A stretch of 63,375 nucleotides of DNA, filler included, from Piptocephalis cylindrospora (lineage: Eukaryota), in NCBI GenBank assembly GCA_003614145.1. It is 2 parts of 2 records of this genome, joined end to end, with 100 filler letters (N's around TTAATTAATTAA, not from the genome) between each part and the next. Parts side by side here need not be neighbours in the genome. Positions count along the whole stretch, not along the records: positions 1 to 31,775 come from KZ987750.1; 1 more part is not named here. One strand, 5' to 3'. The translations under genes were made by a program, and so were the position numbers. Shown here one piece after another: positions 13,724 to 25,843 of this stretch. Within the stretch, counting starts at the first letter, position 1, and every line of letters begins with the position of its first letter. The notes below the pieces were generated by a model. That model did no database searches. It saw only the letters and a program-made list of their open reading frames with translations, and was not told the origin of the DNA.

Positions 13724-15148
13724 ATGAGACCCACATTTCACGGGATGAAGAGGAGGCGGGTAGATACCGCTACCGCCCCCACCACCACTGCTACTACCGC
13801 AGCGATACCTTCTTCCTCCTCCTCCTCCTCTTCCACCACCTCTTCCATGCCTGTCTCCTCCCCCTCCTCACCCCCATCCCCCTCTTCCTCGGGACCAGCA
13901 GGGAGAAAGGCCCTTCCTTCCTCAATGACCCCACAACTCGAGCCGCACAACCCTCCCATGCCAGGTAGATCCCCGGGGAATCATCCATCGACCCCTCCGC
14001 CCCACCATCAACCCTTATTCCACCATCGGGCTAGTACACCCATGTGGGAGGTGGTGTGGAAGGACCATCCCTCCCCATCCTTCCGTCTCTCTCTCCCCAT
14101 CTCCGATGGACCTTCCACCATCACGTCCCTTTCTGCCCCGCCCACCGCCATCCCCTCCCCATCCCTGCCCCCAGCTATCCCCCGGAGATCTCAGATCCAT
14201 GTGCATCATCCCCCCCAACAAACCTCTCGTCTACTCCATCTCCCCCAAGAAGCCCTTCATCACATCCTCGCCCACCTCTCCCCAGCCTCTCTGTTTTCCC
14301 TTGCAAGTTCTTGCAAGGGCCTTCAAGACCCAGCCCTCCTCTTCCTCTATCGTCTTCCAGAGCCCCAGCGGCTCAAGGGTCTCTACGACCTACTGCGCAC
14401 CCTGTCCCTTCATCCCGAGAGGACCGCATGGGTCCAGGGCATTTCCTTTACCCGTCTCAATGAGCCCTCCAGGGCCGACCGCTCCCTCACCCACCTCCTA
14501 AGATGTCTTCCCCGACTTCATCCTGGACTTCGATCCCTACATCTGGCCTTTTGTCCGGGCATCGCCAATGTCGATCTTATCCGTCTGACCATGCCCCGGC
14601 CCCTTCCCGCCCTACGCTTCCTCGACATCTCCGGCAGCGGAAGGAGCAATCATGTCCTGGCCGCCCTTCCCAAACTCGCCCCTGGACTCCGAGGTCTCAA
14701 CATCACCTGGAACTTCCATATCGGTGATGCAGGCATCAAATCCCTGGTCCGTGGATGTCGCGAACTCCGCGTCCTCGAGGCCGCTGCCACCGCCATTACC
14801 GTCCAGGGCCTGGACATGCTCCTCAGCGGCCTCCCTCACATCCGCGCCATCTCTCTGGCCATGAACGAGACCCTCCACCGACCCGGCTATGGCGAAACCA
14901 ATGCGCAGGCCCTCAATGATCTTCTTTATCGGTACCGTTCCGTCAGGCGCTGGTCCCCCCATCAGAGCTCCCCCAGCTTCTGTACCGGGCACCAGACCCT
15001 AACCTCCCTCGAATGGCTAGGCGTGGGTCGGGTCAGTGGTCTGGAGGAGGCCTGGGTTAAGTCCAGAACCCCCTCGGGCCTTCTCAAATGGGAAGTTGAT
15101 GCCCCCTGGTCCCTCATGACCGATGCCTGTCAAAGAACATGGCTTTGA
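13724..15148 (+). CDS. F-box / leucine-rich repeat (RNI-like) protein
   Basis: Intronless 474-aa ORF. F-box motif LLHLPQEALHHILAHLSPASLFSLASSCK is followed by LRRs (LRSLHLAFCPGI, LRFLDISG, LRGLNITWNFHIGDAGIKSLVRGCRELRVL). Confidence 0.85.
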   Translation: MRPTFHGMKRRRVDTATAPTTTATTAAIPSSSSSSSSTTSSMPVSSPSSPPSPSSSGPAGRKALPSSMTPQLEPHNPPMPGRSPGNHPSTPPPHHQPLFHHRASTPMWEVVWKDHPSPSFRLSLPISDGPSTITSLSAPPTAIPSPSLPPAIPRRSQIHVHHPPQQTSRLLHLPQEALHHILAHLSPASLFSLASSCKGLQDPALLFLYRLPEPQRLKGLYDLLRTLSLHPERTAWVQGISFTRLNEPSRADRSLTHLLRCLPRLHPGLRSLHLAFCPGIANVDLIRLTMPRPLPALRFLDISGSGRSNHVLAALPKLAPGLRGLNITWNFHIGDAGIKSLVRGCRELRVLEAAATAITVQGLDMLLSGLPHIRAISLAMNETLHRPGYGETNAQALNDLLYRYRSVRRWSPHQSSPSFCTGHQTLTSLEWLGVGRVSGLEEAWVKSRTPSGLLKWEVDAPWSLMTDACQRTWL

Positions 15149-15401
15149 CCTCCCTTGCCCCCGATAGGTTATGTTTCCTTTGTGCTTTATGCTGTTTTCT
15201 CATGGTGTGAGGATATCTTGTGTGTCTGTCTTTGTGTGTGTATGGAATGCGGGGCATGGAATGAGGATGGGATGGAATGGGATGGGATGGGGTGGAAATG
15301 CATTGCAAGAGTCGTTCTTTCTTTTTTTGGTTTCAATCCTCCGTCGCCCTTTTTCTTTTCCTAATGTAAAATCAGTTGACCTCACCCTTCTCGCTGCATC
15401 C

Positions 15402-16481
15402 TCATCCCCACACTACCCGAGATATGACTATCCCAGCTAGCCCTGCCAAGCCACCCGCCACCCACCCTCTTGTATCCCTGGTCGCAGAGGAGACGGGCCC
15501 TCCAAAGCCATTAGAGACCTCCCAGGTCCCCTGAAAGAGATTGACCTCGGGGATCCCAGTAATGGAGGAAATCCATGGGACCCACATGCCCACCTGTGAA
15601 TAAATCCCCACTGCTCCGGGGGCAGCGCATTTGGTCGAGGAAAAGGAATGAACATTGATCCCAAAGCTCGTCAAGCCCGCGATAATCGGTGGACCTGGAG
15701 GCGACGTGGAGGACGCAATTAAAGCCCCTCCGGAATCCCCAAAACACGTATCATGTCCCCCGAGATCGGGCTTGGGCGATGCAGCACACACCCACTCGAT
15801 CCGTATCGACTCATCCGGCCCCATCAGGTCGGGGAGCCCCTTGGCACAATACTCCATCGGCGGTTGCCTCAATTCCGTCACCATCAGGGTCTGGGACAAT
15901 CGGGATTGTTCGGTCTGGCCCCAGCCCACTGCCCGAAGTCGCACGTCCTCTGGGAACGTCAGATTGACCTGTGGCTGCAAGATCGGAATGGGATGTAGAG
16001 TATCAGATAGACCCAGTGGCATGTCCAGCTCTAGCAAGGCCACATCATATCGCGTGTTGATCGGGCTGAACCGGCTATCCATCACCATCTGCTTCACCGG
16101 AATCATTTTTGAGGCCTCTGGGGCTAAACCCAGACTCCCTGCACTGACAAACAGTTTGGATGGATCCGTCTTATTCCATTGCCCTGGGTGATGATCCGCC
16201 CCAATGTCGTATAAACCTATAAGGGAGATCGGAGGATATAGGATGAGAAACAAGGGGACAGACCTTCTCCCTGCGCACACTTACAATGAGCAGCAGTGAG
16301 GATCCAGGTGGGGGGAAAGGACGATCCCCCCACATGCAAGGTCCTTTCGATAGTAGATGGCCGCGGAAAAGGCAAATTCTTCCATGGTCGGTGCGGCCTG
16401 CCCTCCAAATATTCTGGGTTTAGGATGGCTTGCCACGGTCGATCCCACCAGCAGGGATAGGAGGAGGGGCTTCAAGTGCAT
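15402..16481 (-). pseudogene. Trypsin-like (S1A) serine protease with signal peptide and hydrophobic C-tail; 1-nt frameshift (pseudogene or sequencing error)
   Basis: Signal peptide, then PR/IFGG activation site and ACGGIVLSP. An extra base in G6 (16310-16315) puts TWILTAAHC out of frame. Intron at 16217-16284. DVALLEL and DTCFGDSGG are intact. Confidence 0.8.
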
Positions 16482-17526
16482 GATGGTGATGTTGTTCTAG
16501 GAGACGCTGATGAGGGATGATACAGGAGAAGATGGTAAATTTGTAGACAAGACGACATCCATCTAGATTTTATATCAAGCATACCATCCATTCACACAAT
16601 CATAACGATTTGATCATTTGCCCCATCCCACACACTATATGCTCTCCTCTAAGGGACGAGGAGGAGACAATGGCACATTCCGCTTCGTACTCTTCCACCT
16701 GCTGAGCCCTCAGGAAGGATGGTAGAGGCGTGCGCGCACTTATCAATAGGATGTGAAGGGAAGTGTGAATGTTGTTCCTCACTGCTGTCGTCAAGTCCAT
16801 ACTTCCCTCATCCTTTGATGATGTCTCAGGAGAGAGGGAAATCATGACGATAAGAGCCTATCCCCTCGGTGGAAAGAGGGGTAAAAGGCTGGATAAATGT
16901 GTCTGTCTTAGGCAAGTCTCCGTGGGATATAGGTACACTTTTCAACTTTTCCATCTTGACCGTATCCTTTGGTTGTGAATTGCCCCGCTCTTCCCCCTTT
17001 GTCCTCGTCCCCACACACGCGCACACAAAGGCAACCCGATCGGACTTTACCATAGAAACGACGGATAGAACCAATCATGACCTCTCAGGCCAGTCTGTGA
17101 AGGGATACAACCTTGATCCATCGGAGTTTTCTTTCTTCTCAAAGTCCCAGCTCCGATCCCCTTTGAATGCGCATACAATCAGGTCACCCTCCCAACATTC
17201 GAGAATCCTCCATTCCCACCCTGGTTAAGAATTTTTCGTCCCCTCTCTGATCAAAAATATCCCTTCCTCTTCCTGATCAAGAGTCTTCCATCCCCTCACG
17301 AAATGGAAAAGACACCTCAACACATGTAAATGATTTATGATCACATCCCTACTACCCTGGTAAACCATCCCGATGACGTGCATGCATCCACAGTAGCAAT
17401 AGCGACAACAACAATGAGAACAGACCTTACCTTGCAGCCCGTCGACAGGGGTACTGACACGTACAATATGACGTTGAAAGATTCCCCCAGTCAGTCACCA
17501 TAGTGCTTTATCAAAAATAATCAATA

Positions 17527-17527
<1 letters not shown>

Positions 17528-17561
<34 letters not shown>
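17528..17561. repeat. (TA)17 microsatellite
   Basis: Direct reading of the sequence. Confidence 0.95.
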
Positions 17562-17564
<3 letters not shown>

Positions 17565-17830
17565 GGTCTGACTTTCATTTCTTCATCCTGATTCAAAGCT
17601 AGATACGTGACCCATACTCTAGAGCATGGGTTCATCCACATTCTACGAATGGTGACACACAAGCGCTTTGCCCAGGATTACCCAGGATTAACAATTAAAA
17701 AAGAAAAATAGACGAAGAAAAAAGGCATGCTTCCCTATCAGACTTACACGCACGCCCGCCCATCCAAATAGCCATCGATCTACCCATTCATCCACACTAT
17801 ATCCCTCCCTCCCCTCCCCCCTTTCAGGAA

Positions 17831-19049
17831 TCATTTGGAAGAATCGGGAACATGCACCACATTACCAGCCCGAACTTCCTGTAACCCATGGCCATCCTGG
17901 GCCAGCTCTTCGCGCATCAACCGTTCTGATACTTCCCTTCGTCTCCGCTCCTCCTCGTCCCCATTAACGGGTTCGGTGGATTCGGTGGTTGATCCAGGAG
18001 GACCACTCCCGACCCAATCCTCGTCATCCTCCACCTTCCAAGAGGGCTTTCGCATGAGCTGACGATAGGTAGCGGCGATGAGCATGGCGTCATTCTGGGA
18101 GAGGTGACCTGCCCCGCCCGTCGAACTGGCCTCCCCCCCGGTGGGAGGGGGGGAGGGGGACATGGTGGAGGATCCGGAATTTCGGGCTAGATTTCCCATC
18201 CGGTCCTCTTCCCCTGATACCCCTTCCCGACCCTTCTCATCCCCATCTATCATCTTGCCCGAAGCTCCCCCAATGAGTGTGGCCTTGGAGTGATCCGTAC
18301 CCCCAGGTTTACCCATGGCCGCTCCATTTCTCTTCCGTCTTGCCCTCCAGACTAGGAGAAGGGCCAGGGTCGCTGCCAGTACCAAGAACGCTGCTACTCC
18401 AATGATAACAGCTGCCGCTGTGGAGAGACCTCCGGAGTCATCCTTCTCTTTCGGATCATCCTTGGGAGTGCCCGTTGCCTCACCTACTTCGGTGGTGACT
18501 ACAGCCGTTGCCAGTACGGGCAATGACCCATTGATGCCAGCCTCTACAGAGTAGGAAGGGATGATGAGTTGGATGACTCTCCTTTCCTTCCTCCTCTTTT
18601 CTTTCCCAGCACTTACGAATCATATTAAATACAGGCCCATATGGCCCAGCGAATCCAGATTCGCCCTCGATACCAATGTATAGACGGAAGGCCTTGGATT
18701 TCCAGTTAGTATTGGAGTTTGGACCGCCAAAGTAAAGGTCCTTGGGGGTGATGGAGACGTAGCCAATGTTGTTGTTCACATTGAAGAGATCGACATGAGA
18801 GGTAGGGTTGTCGAATTCGGTAAGGTAGATGACAAGACGGCCTGCAGCGACAAAGGCAGGTCTCTCGGTATTCCAGGTAGCCTGATGAGAGGTCCCATCC
18901 TGTAACCAGGTCTCATTGGCTCTCGGGGAGCAATAAATGTCATTGAGACAGCCGGCTGCCCGCCGGACCAATCCCGAGGCTTCCGAGGTCGAGTGGAGGG
19001 AGACAAGGAAGGCGAGGAGGAGGAGAGGAAGAAATGAAGGACGCTGCAT
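17831..19049 (-). CDS. Type I single-pass membrane protein (signal peptide, small ectodomain, TM, cytoplasmic tail), function unknown
   Basis: Intron 18544-18616 joins the two ORFs in frame. Signal peptide MQRPSFLPLLLLAFLVSLHS; TM AAAVIIGVAAFLVLAATLALLLVW followed by the basic stop-transfer RARRKR. Confidence 0.8.
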
Positions 19050-20612
19050 GGTGATGTAGGGTATCAGGGAGAAGGAGTGAGTTAATCAAGGACGAATTTT
19101 GGGTAAGGGTAGGAATAATGAAAAGTTGGGGTAAATTGAGCCGGACTGGACTGGACTGGACCGGGTCGGGGTAGAAATGTTGACTCGGGACAAGTTCTCA
19201 AGCCTAGGATGGGATGTGAAGAGATAGGGAGAGAGGAATGGAGGGACTTGATTCGTTCTAGGGGCACGAACGCTTTAGACGTATAAACAAGGCCGGATGA
19301 AAGGAGGCTGGGCAAAGGGAGAGAGAGAGAGAGGTTGAAAGGGGGGAAGGGGGGTGAGGGGGAGACACACGTCCAGATGGACAGGTCCAAAAGCGGTGAG
19401 GAATGTGAGATAAGGGCGGTAGAGAGCAAGTCGAATGAGAACAGGCTACGGCCGATAGGGCGCTATGGAAGGAAAAAGACCCAGAGATTGACCCTTTTTT
19501 TCCTAGTTGAAGCAATAGATGCACAAAAAGGGTCAAAGTTGACTGGGGAAGAAGGAAGATAGAAGAAGTGGGGAAGATGGGGAGAGGAGAAGGGGAGAAA
19601 TGACAAAAGGAAGAGTGAGATGGGAGGATCAACGTAGAAAGGGAGAAAGTAAAGAGGGCGAATAGAGGAAGGGGAGGAGGGGAAAGAGAGGAAGGGGAGT
19701 GGAAGGGCTAGAGGGAGATGAGGAGGAATCGGAGTGAAGAAGGGAGAAAGGCCGCTTACAGGGTCAGAGTAGCCCGCTCGCAGCCACACCCAGGCGCACA
19801 CACATACATAGTGCGGCGAAGCCGATAGGGAGAGGGGAGGGTAGACGCCCACACATAGGGAAGAGGCGCGGAGGGCATAAGCCAAGGTGATGGTGATATT
19901 CACAGAGAGGGCAAAGACTCCGACAAGTAGACTGAAAGGAATTTTCTGGTCCTTGTTTAGATCATTTAGGTTAATGTCCAGAACACTCAAGTTGTATTGA
20001 GGTTTACACTCTCATACTCCTCTTTAGGGGAGAGAGGAAAGGGTGTAAGATGGGCCCATCACCTCTCCTTTCCCCTTTGTCCTTTACCCTTCCCCTCCAA
20101 GTCGGCTCTTTCCCTTTTCTCATTGCCCCCTTCTGACCGTTCTGTCCCCTTTTTATCCCATCAATTGACCTTTGACATGCTTCCCCCCCTCTCCAATTTA
20201 CATAGAGGGAGCGAGTCAATGGGTAAGGGGAGGAGGGGGAGATTGGTTATCGGAGTTACTAGGAGAAGGAGCCATCATGATGATAGTTTTGAGAAATCCC
20301 ACCCTGGTTCTCCTGTACAATATTCCCCTTCTTGGGCTGGCTGAGGCGGGATGGAGAGAGAGTGTGTCTGCTTCAGGCAAGAGAGCAGGAGAGTGAATGA
20401 TCGGAGTTGCAATGCCTAGGATAATATCCAGACCTCAAAATGGGGCTAGACGACGAAAGAGGGCCTATAAACGGTAGTGGTCATTGGTGGAGCTGAAGAT
20501 GAAGAGCACCCTGACCTCCCCAGCTGGGCCTGATCTATTCTTGGATGGAGTAAGGACCAGATCGGACCTTGAAATGGTCTGGGTTTTCAAGGGATCAAGG
20601 TATTGTTGGCAG

Positions 20613-20616
20613 GTGT

Positions 20617-20653
<37 letters not shown>
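20613..20653. repeat. (TG)n microsatellite
   Basis: Direct reading; similar (CA/TG)n tracts occur at about 12868-12888, 13045-13108 and 51321-51349. Confidence 0.9.
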
Positions 20654-20654
<1 letters not shown>

Positions 20655-20957
20655 ATGCGTTCTAGAAAGGATTTTTAATTTCGGTGTTGAACAAGGGTAA
20701 AGATGGTGGTAGTCGAATTGAAAGTCAAAGCTGACATGGTGTTGGAAAGTAGTGGGAGGAGGGATGGTTTGGGGTTGAGACTTCCCATAGCGCGATGATG
20801 CCTTGAAACATCATCCTTGCCCAGGACGACTAACAGCAGTTTTAGAGGCTGATGTATTACCCTCTCTAGATGAGAGGGAGAAAGAAAGTGCGTTTTGGAG
20901 AAAGGGAAAGGCTGAGAAGAAAAGAAGACTATCTCCTGACCCAGATCCTATAGGCAT

Positions 20958-22022
20958 CTAATTGCCACCAAGGCCCCAGCCACTGGTCAATATCAGCAGT
21001 GAAAGGGTGATCCAGGAGGGGGCGCCCGGAAGAGAAAGAGAGGTGGAGCCCCCATAGAGGAAGGAGGAGGTGGCGAGAGTAGAGGCGGCCGAGGAGGAGG
21101 AGGAGACAGAGAAGTCGTTGACGGGGATACCGGATGTTGCGCCAATCCAGGAAGCATACTTGGCTACATGAGTGTAAAAGGCCACAGTGTCCTTGAGGCC
21201 ACAGTCATCGGATTGGAGATTGACCTTATTGATGGCAAAGCTAGTGAGACCCACAAGGCCCTGGGGGACCTGGGTGCCCCCGGGGGCACCACGGGGCAGA
21301 TCAGTGACCAGGGGCCCACCCGAGTCGCCGTAGCACGTATCCTTGCCCTGGGTCCCTCCGATGCAGATGAGATTTCCCGCGGAGGCCGAGTAGTCCGGGT
21401 AGGCGCTGGTGCACCGGGAGCCCTGGGTGGTGGAAAGGCTGACGGACCGAAGAACCGAGGAACGGTTCTCCGTCTCGGTAGCTCCCCAGCCCAGTGCGGT
21501 GACATTGGTGCCAGAGGGGATATCCGAGCTCATGTCCACCCGGATGGGCTGGATAGCCGAGGAAAAGGTCAGAGGGCTCGAGAGCTGGAGGAGGGCAATA
21601 TCGTTGGTCTGGTTCACGGCATCGTACTGGGGATGGATGATGGCGGCACGCAGGGTCTTTGGGGAAGCTGTGATATTACTGAGGCTGCCTACGCCCAGGG
21701 TGATGGAGGAAACCTCTCTTCGGGCGTAGATGGAGCTCCCTACCACGGTGTTGACATCAATGAGGCAATGGGCGGCGGTGACGACCCAGGAATCGGAGAG
21801 GATGGCAGCTCCACAGGCCAGAAGATGGGAAGACCCGGTGTAGAGGGACACGGCAAATGGGAAAGTAGAGGAGGAGGACGCTGCCACACCCCCGACAATC
21901 TTGCCCTGGGGTAAATTACCATCCTCTGAGGATCCATTGACGGATTGGAGAAACCCCAGGACCTCCTTGGGCCCCGTGGTCAGTAGAAGGGATAGAGCGA
22001 GGAGAGATGGGATCAGGCGCAT
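20958..22022 (-). CDS. Secreted trypsin-like (S1A) serine protease with probable GPI/TM anchor
   Basis: True start is likely MRLIPSLLALSLLL (ATG at 22022). K/IVGG activation site; triad motifs WVVTAAHC, NDIALLQL and DTCYGDSGGP; Ser-rich stalk and hydrophobic C-terminus. Confidence 0.92.
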   Translation of the reverse strand: MRLIPSLLALSLLLTTGPKEVLGFLQSVNGSSEDGNLPQGKIVGGVAASSSSTFPFAVSLYTGSSHLLACGAAILSDSWVVTAAHCLIDVNTVVGSSIYARREVSSITLGVGSLSNITASPKTLRAAIIHPQYDAVNQTNDIALLQLSSPLTFSSAIQPIRVDMSSDIPSGTNVTALGWGATETENRSSVLRSVSLSTTQGSRCTSAYPDYSASAGNLICIGGTQGKDTCYGDSGGPLVTDLPRGAPGGTQVPQGLVGLTSFAINKVNLQSDDCGLKDTVAFYTHVAKYASWIGATSGIPVNDFSVSSSSSAASTLATSSFLYGGSTSLSLPGAPSWITLSLLILTSGWGLGGN

Positions 22023-23938
22023 GGTCGATAGATTTGGGTGAAAGAGAGGGATGCAAAGATGGGAAGGAGAGAGGGTAAGAAGGGGAGATGACGATGGTAA
22101 TGATGACGACAACGATGATGATGAGGATGGAGGAGGGGGAGGATTAACGAAGGGGTAAGAGGAGGAAAAGTGGAAAATCCCAAGAATAGCGGTGGTAGAA
22201 GCAGTAGTAGCGATAGCAGCAGTAGCGATAGCAGTAGTAGCAATAGCAATAGCAGTAGAACTAAAAAGGGGAAGGAGCAGGGAGTGGAATGGATGCACGA
22301 AAATAGACCGAAGAGGTGTGCTGTAATAATGTCCCGATAAGACCAAGGGACACGGGGGTTGGTTCAATGGAGGCGAGACGGGCAAGTTACAAGAGGAGGG
22401 GATAATAGCACGAGGGTTTCCTTTTCTTGTTCACCAAGGAAACTTTTGGGTGGGGCTTAGGGGCGGAAGAGCTTGGGGAGGGTGGGACGGGTTCAGAGGA
22501 GGGGACGAGCCCGGAGAAGGGTACGGACTCAAAGAAGGGTACGGGCTCAGTGGAGGAGAAGGGGAGGGGGGCCCAGAGGACGGATAGAATACGGTACGGT
22601 ACGGTAAGGGGACTCTACGACGGAAGACCGATAGGGAAAGGAGGAGACTGGAGAGGAGGATGGGAAAGAGATGAGAAGGGGAATGAGGATGAGAGAAAGG
22701 GAAAGAGAGAGGAACGGAGATGGGATATGGCCGTGTGCAGTGGTAAGGCAGGGCCAAGCCGAGGATATTGTCGTTGGAGGATGGAAAGGAGGAAGAGGGA
22801 AGAGGAGCAGGAGCGGAGAAGGGAGGAGACGAGGGGAATCCGCTAGTAGAGCGGAGATGAGGGAATTTGAGTGTGGGTAGAGAGAGGGTGCACACAATGC
22901 ACACGGCACACAGCACACAGCACACACAACACGCACGCACGCACGTACAATTGACACGGCCAGGAGAGAGGGCTGCTGAGAGGATGAGCAGAGGGGAGGA
23001 GAGCAAGGGACCTTCCCTGAGCAATTGAATAGACTGGATGAGGAGAAATAAGATGTGTGGGAGTAGGAATAAAGGTGGGGGTGGCACGGTTTTCGGGGTC
23101 CCTTGGGAGGATGGGGGCCAAGGAACTCACCGGATGGTGGTAAGGAGAGAAGAGGAGAGGAGAAGTGAGGTGAGGTGAGGTGAGGAAAAGCAGGACACAT
23201 CCTTGACCCCCAGGATTGTATCGGTGGGAGGGATAGGGAGATGCTTCCATTTGGGGTATTCTAAGGGAGAAAATGGAAGGACCCCTCTAGTTCAGACACA
23301 CGGGGAGGAGATGGGGTGAGGGGAGCATCAACGGACATGACCTTGCATCCCCCGGGAACCGTCCTGGAAGGCAGGGGAGGTGAGAAGGATCTTGGATGGT
23401 CGCACAAGCGTAAGTACCATTAAGGAAGGGGATGAGGAGGAGTGTAGCTATGACTGATGGTTAGGATGAGAATTTGAGAGACCTTGCCTATCCTTTGGAT
23501 AGGGTGAGCAATGAAGAAAAGGATCCTGAAACTGAAACTGAAGTCACTTGTCTCTCCCCCTTGGACACAGCAGCGCACACGAAGGGGAAATGGGCCTCCG
23601 TGAGAAAGTGACGACTACGCCTACTACGACAGGATTCTTGAATGCGGGAGAGATAGGGCATACACACACACATATATATACATCCAAGTGAGTGTAACCC
23701 TGGGAATATGCTCAAGGATGCGATACACATGTAGATGAGGTAAGAAAAGACCGACCAGTGCATATAAGATCCCCATCTCAATGACGAGGAGAGAGGGCAG
23801 GGATGGAGGAAGGGACGCGTGGGAGACTCCCCATGCATGGCCCTCATGTGGGGAGAGGAGGAACAAAAAGTTGGTGGTACAAATAGAGTCAAGTAAAAGT
23901 CGCCCCACAACCCATGTGGACATGTATTTACTTTCCCT

Positions 23939-25381
23939 CTAATTCTGAGGAAAACTAGTAGACGTACGAGAGGTGCCACACTTGGCCATGACACGCTCGA
24001 TGCCATCCAGACCCCGTTCCAGTACGTCCATGGAGGGACCAAACGACAAGCGGACAAAATGATGACAGGGAGAATCAAATAGCTCACGACGCTGGGAGGG
24101 GTTGATGTCAAAGAAGATCCCCGGGACCAGGACGACCTTTTCCTTGAGACACTCTTCGAAAAAGTGCAAGCCATTATCTAGAGGCTCGGGGAGAGAGCAC
24201 AGATCGAGCCAGATGTAGAAGGTCGAGTGAGGTGGGTGATGGATGGTAAAGCCCATCTGGGCCAGACGGGCCAGGACATAGTTCCGCTTGGCACGAAAGT
24301 GCCTCTGGAGGGCTCGAGCCTCGGATCGGTAGTGTTTAGGGTCGAGCATGGGCAAAGCAGCCTCTTGAAGAGGATGATTGGCCCCTCCATCCAGGAAGGA
24401 GCCGGCAGCCTGCATGGAGGACACGACATCTTTGGGCCCGACCAGCCAACACACCCTCCAGCCTGGAAGACGATGATTCTTGGTCAGGCCATCCACGATG
24501 ATCACAGGGTCATTATTGACATCCTCAATGTACTCGGCTGCAGAGACCATCCGACCATCTTCCTCCTCATCCTGGTCGTACACGTAACAAGAGTAAAACT
24601 CATCCAAGACCAGGGTACACTTGCGCTTCCTCGCCACCTTGACACACTTGTTCAGACCCTCGCCTTGGACCAGCTGTCCTGTCGGATTGTGCGGGTTGGA
24701 CACCATGACCACCCCGAGTCCCCGGGCCCTGATTTCGGAATCCAGAAGATCCGAGTCAAAGCCATAGCTCTTGTCCTCATCGAGCGGGGTGGGGATGGGG
24801 ACAAACTTCTTGAACACCGACAGCATCTGCTCGTATGCCGTGTACTCGGGGAGAAAGTACCCGACATTGACATCTCCTACGACCGCGGCCACTCGGGTCA
24901 GCCCAGCCCGACCCCCAGGGACGATGCATACATTTTCATAGGTGTACTGCGAGGTCTTACCCTGACGATGAATGTCATTGTACATGCTAGCTACGGCCTG
25001 GCGTAACTTTGTGGTCCCAGCCGTCCCGGCATACTCATACGACTCGATGGGGAAGGTAAAGGTAGTGGGTCTTTCGGCTCCCTCGGGGATGGGTCCGACC
25101 TCGGGGGCTCCCTGACCAAAATTGGCCCATGTGGGATCGCCATAGGTCCAGCCATGCCGTCGTGCTCGATTCATCACGTAAATCACCCCGGTGGAGGAGG
25201 GGTGGTCAATGCCCGTGACGTGTCGATCTTTCCTGTCCGGATGATTTCCTGGTGCAGCTCGAAGATGCTGATGGGCCGCCGAGTCACTTTCCTTCCGGAT
25301 CATCTTGATGACCTGTTGAGCGACCTCGGCCATGGAGAGGTGAGAGTGGCTCTTGGAAGGGGATGAGGGTTCATTTGACAT
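23939..25381 (-). CDS. PLP-dependent aminotransferase class I/II (paralog A)
   Basis: Intronless 480-aa ORF with GQGAPE, SNPHNPTG, LVLDEFY, the PLP-lysine motif DGLTKNHRLPGWRVCW, and VRLSFG. Confidence 0.93.
   Translation of the reverse strand: MSNEPSSPSKSHSHLSMAEVAQQVIKMIRKESDSAAHQHLRAAPGNHPDRKDRHVTGIDHPSSTGVIYVMNRARRHGWTYGDPTWANFGQGAPEVGPIPEGAERPTTFTFPIESYEYAGTAGTTKLRQAVASMYNDIHRQGKTSQYTYENVCIVPGGRAGLTRVAAVVGDVNVGYFLPEYTAYEQMLSVFKKFVPIPTPLDEDKSYGFDSDLLDSEIRARGLGVVMVSNPHNPTGQLVQGEGLNKCVKVARKRKCTLVLDEFYSCYVYDQDEEEDGRMVSAAEYIEDVNNDPVIIVDGLTKNHRLPGWRVCWLVGPKDVVSSMQAAGSFLDGGANHPLQEAALPMLDPKHYRSEARALQRHFRAKRNYVLARLAQMGFTIHHPPHSTFYIWLDLCSLPEPLDNGLHFFEECLKEKVVLVPGIFFDINPSQRRELFDSPCHHFVRLSFGPSMDVLERGLDGIERVMAKCGTSRTSTSFPQN
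24036..24132. repeat. 97-bp perfect inverted repeat arm (partner 30521-30617)
   Basis: Base-by-base comparison; the match extends to about 134 bp with 2 mismatches. Confidence 0.9.
24774..24954. repeat. 181-bp perfect inverted repeat arm (partner 29699-29879)
   Basis: Base-by-base comparison of the reverse complement with 29699-29879 found no mismatches. Confidence 0.9.
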
Positions 25382-25843
25382 GGTGAAAAAGGGGGGGAGG
25401 GGGAGGGTAACGATTGAAGGTGAATGTATCTTTCGAGGGGAGGAGGGGGGCGAGGCATGAAATGCTCTGTACTATTTATCGATCGCGCTTGCAGATCCCT
25501 TAAGAGTAGAATGACACAACGGTCCAAGTTAGGAAAGGCTATATAAATGAGAGACACGAAGCATACGGACAAGGTGGATGTGTCACAACGGCGTGTGTGC
25601 AAATGGGCATGAGGTCAGATGTATGACATTTCAGATCCCTCTCACACGTATACATCCGAGACATATGGAGAAAGGGTGCCACAGCTTACGATGAGTACTA
25701 TTATTATGGACCATTTCCTCTACATAGTCTAAACGAGCGAGGGTTTGGCAAGTCTTGGCAAAAACACACCACATCCACTCTGCCCAGACAGGGCCCAAAC
25801 ACAAAAAATAAGGAAAAAAGATTCATACAGTCGTCTTCTCCCC

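Noticed and set aside
22023..23250. N-terminal extension of the trypsin ORF and overlapping Pro/Ser/Leu-rich ORFs
   Set aside because: They are translations of CT-rich and microsatellite leader sequence from non-ATG starts. The signal peptide starts at 22022.
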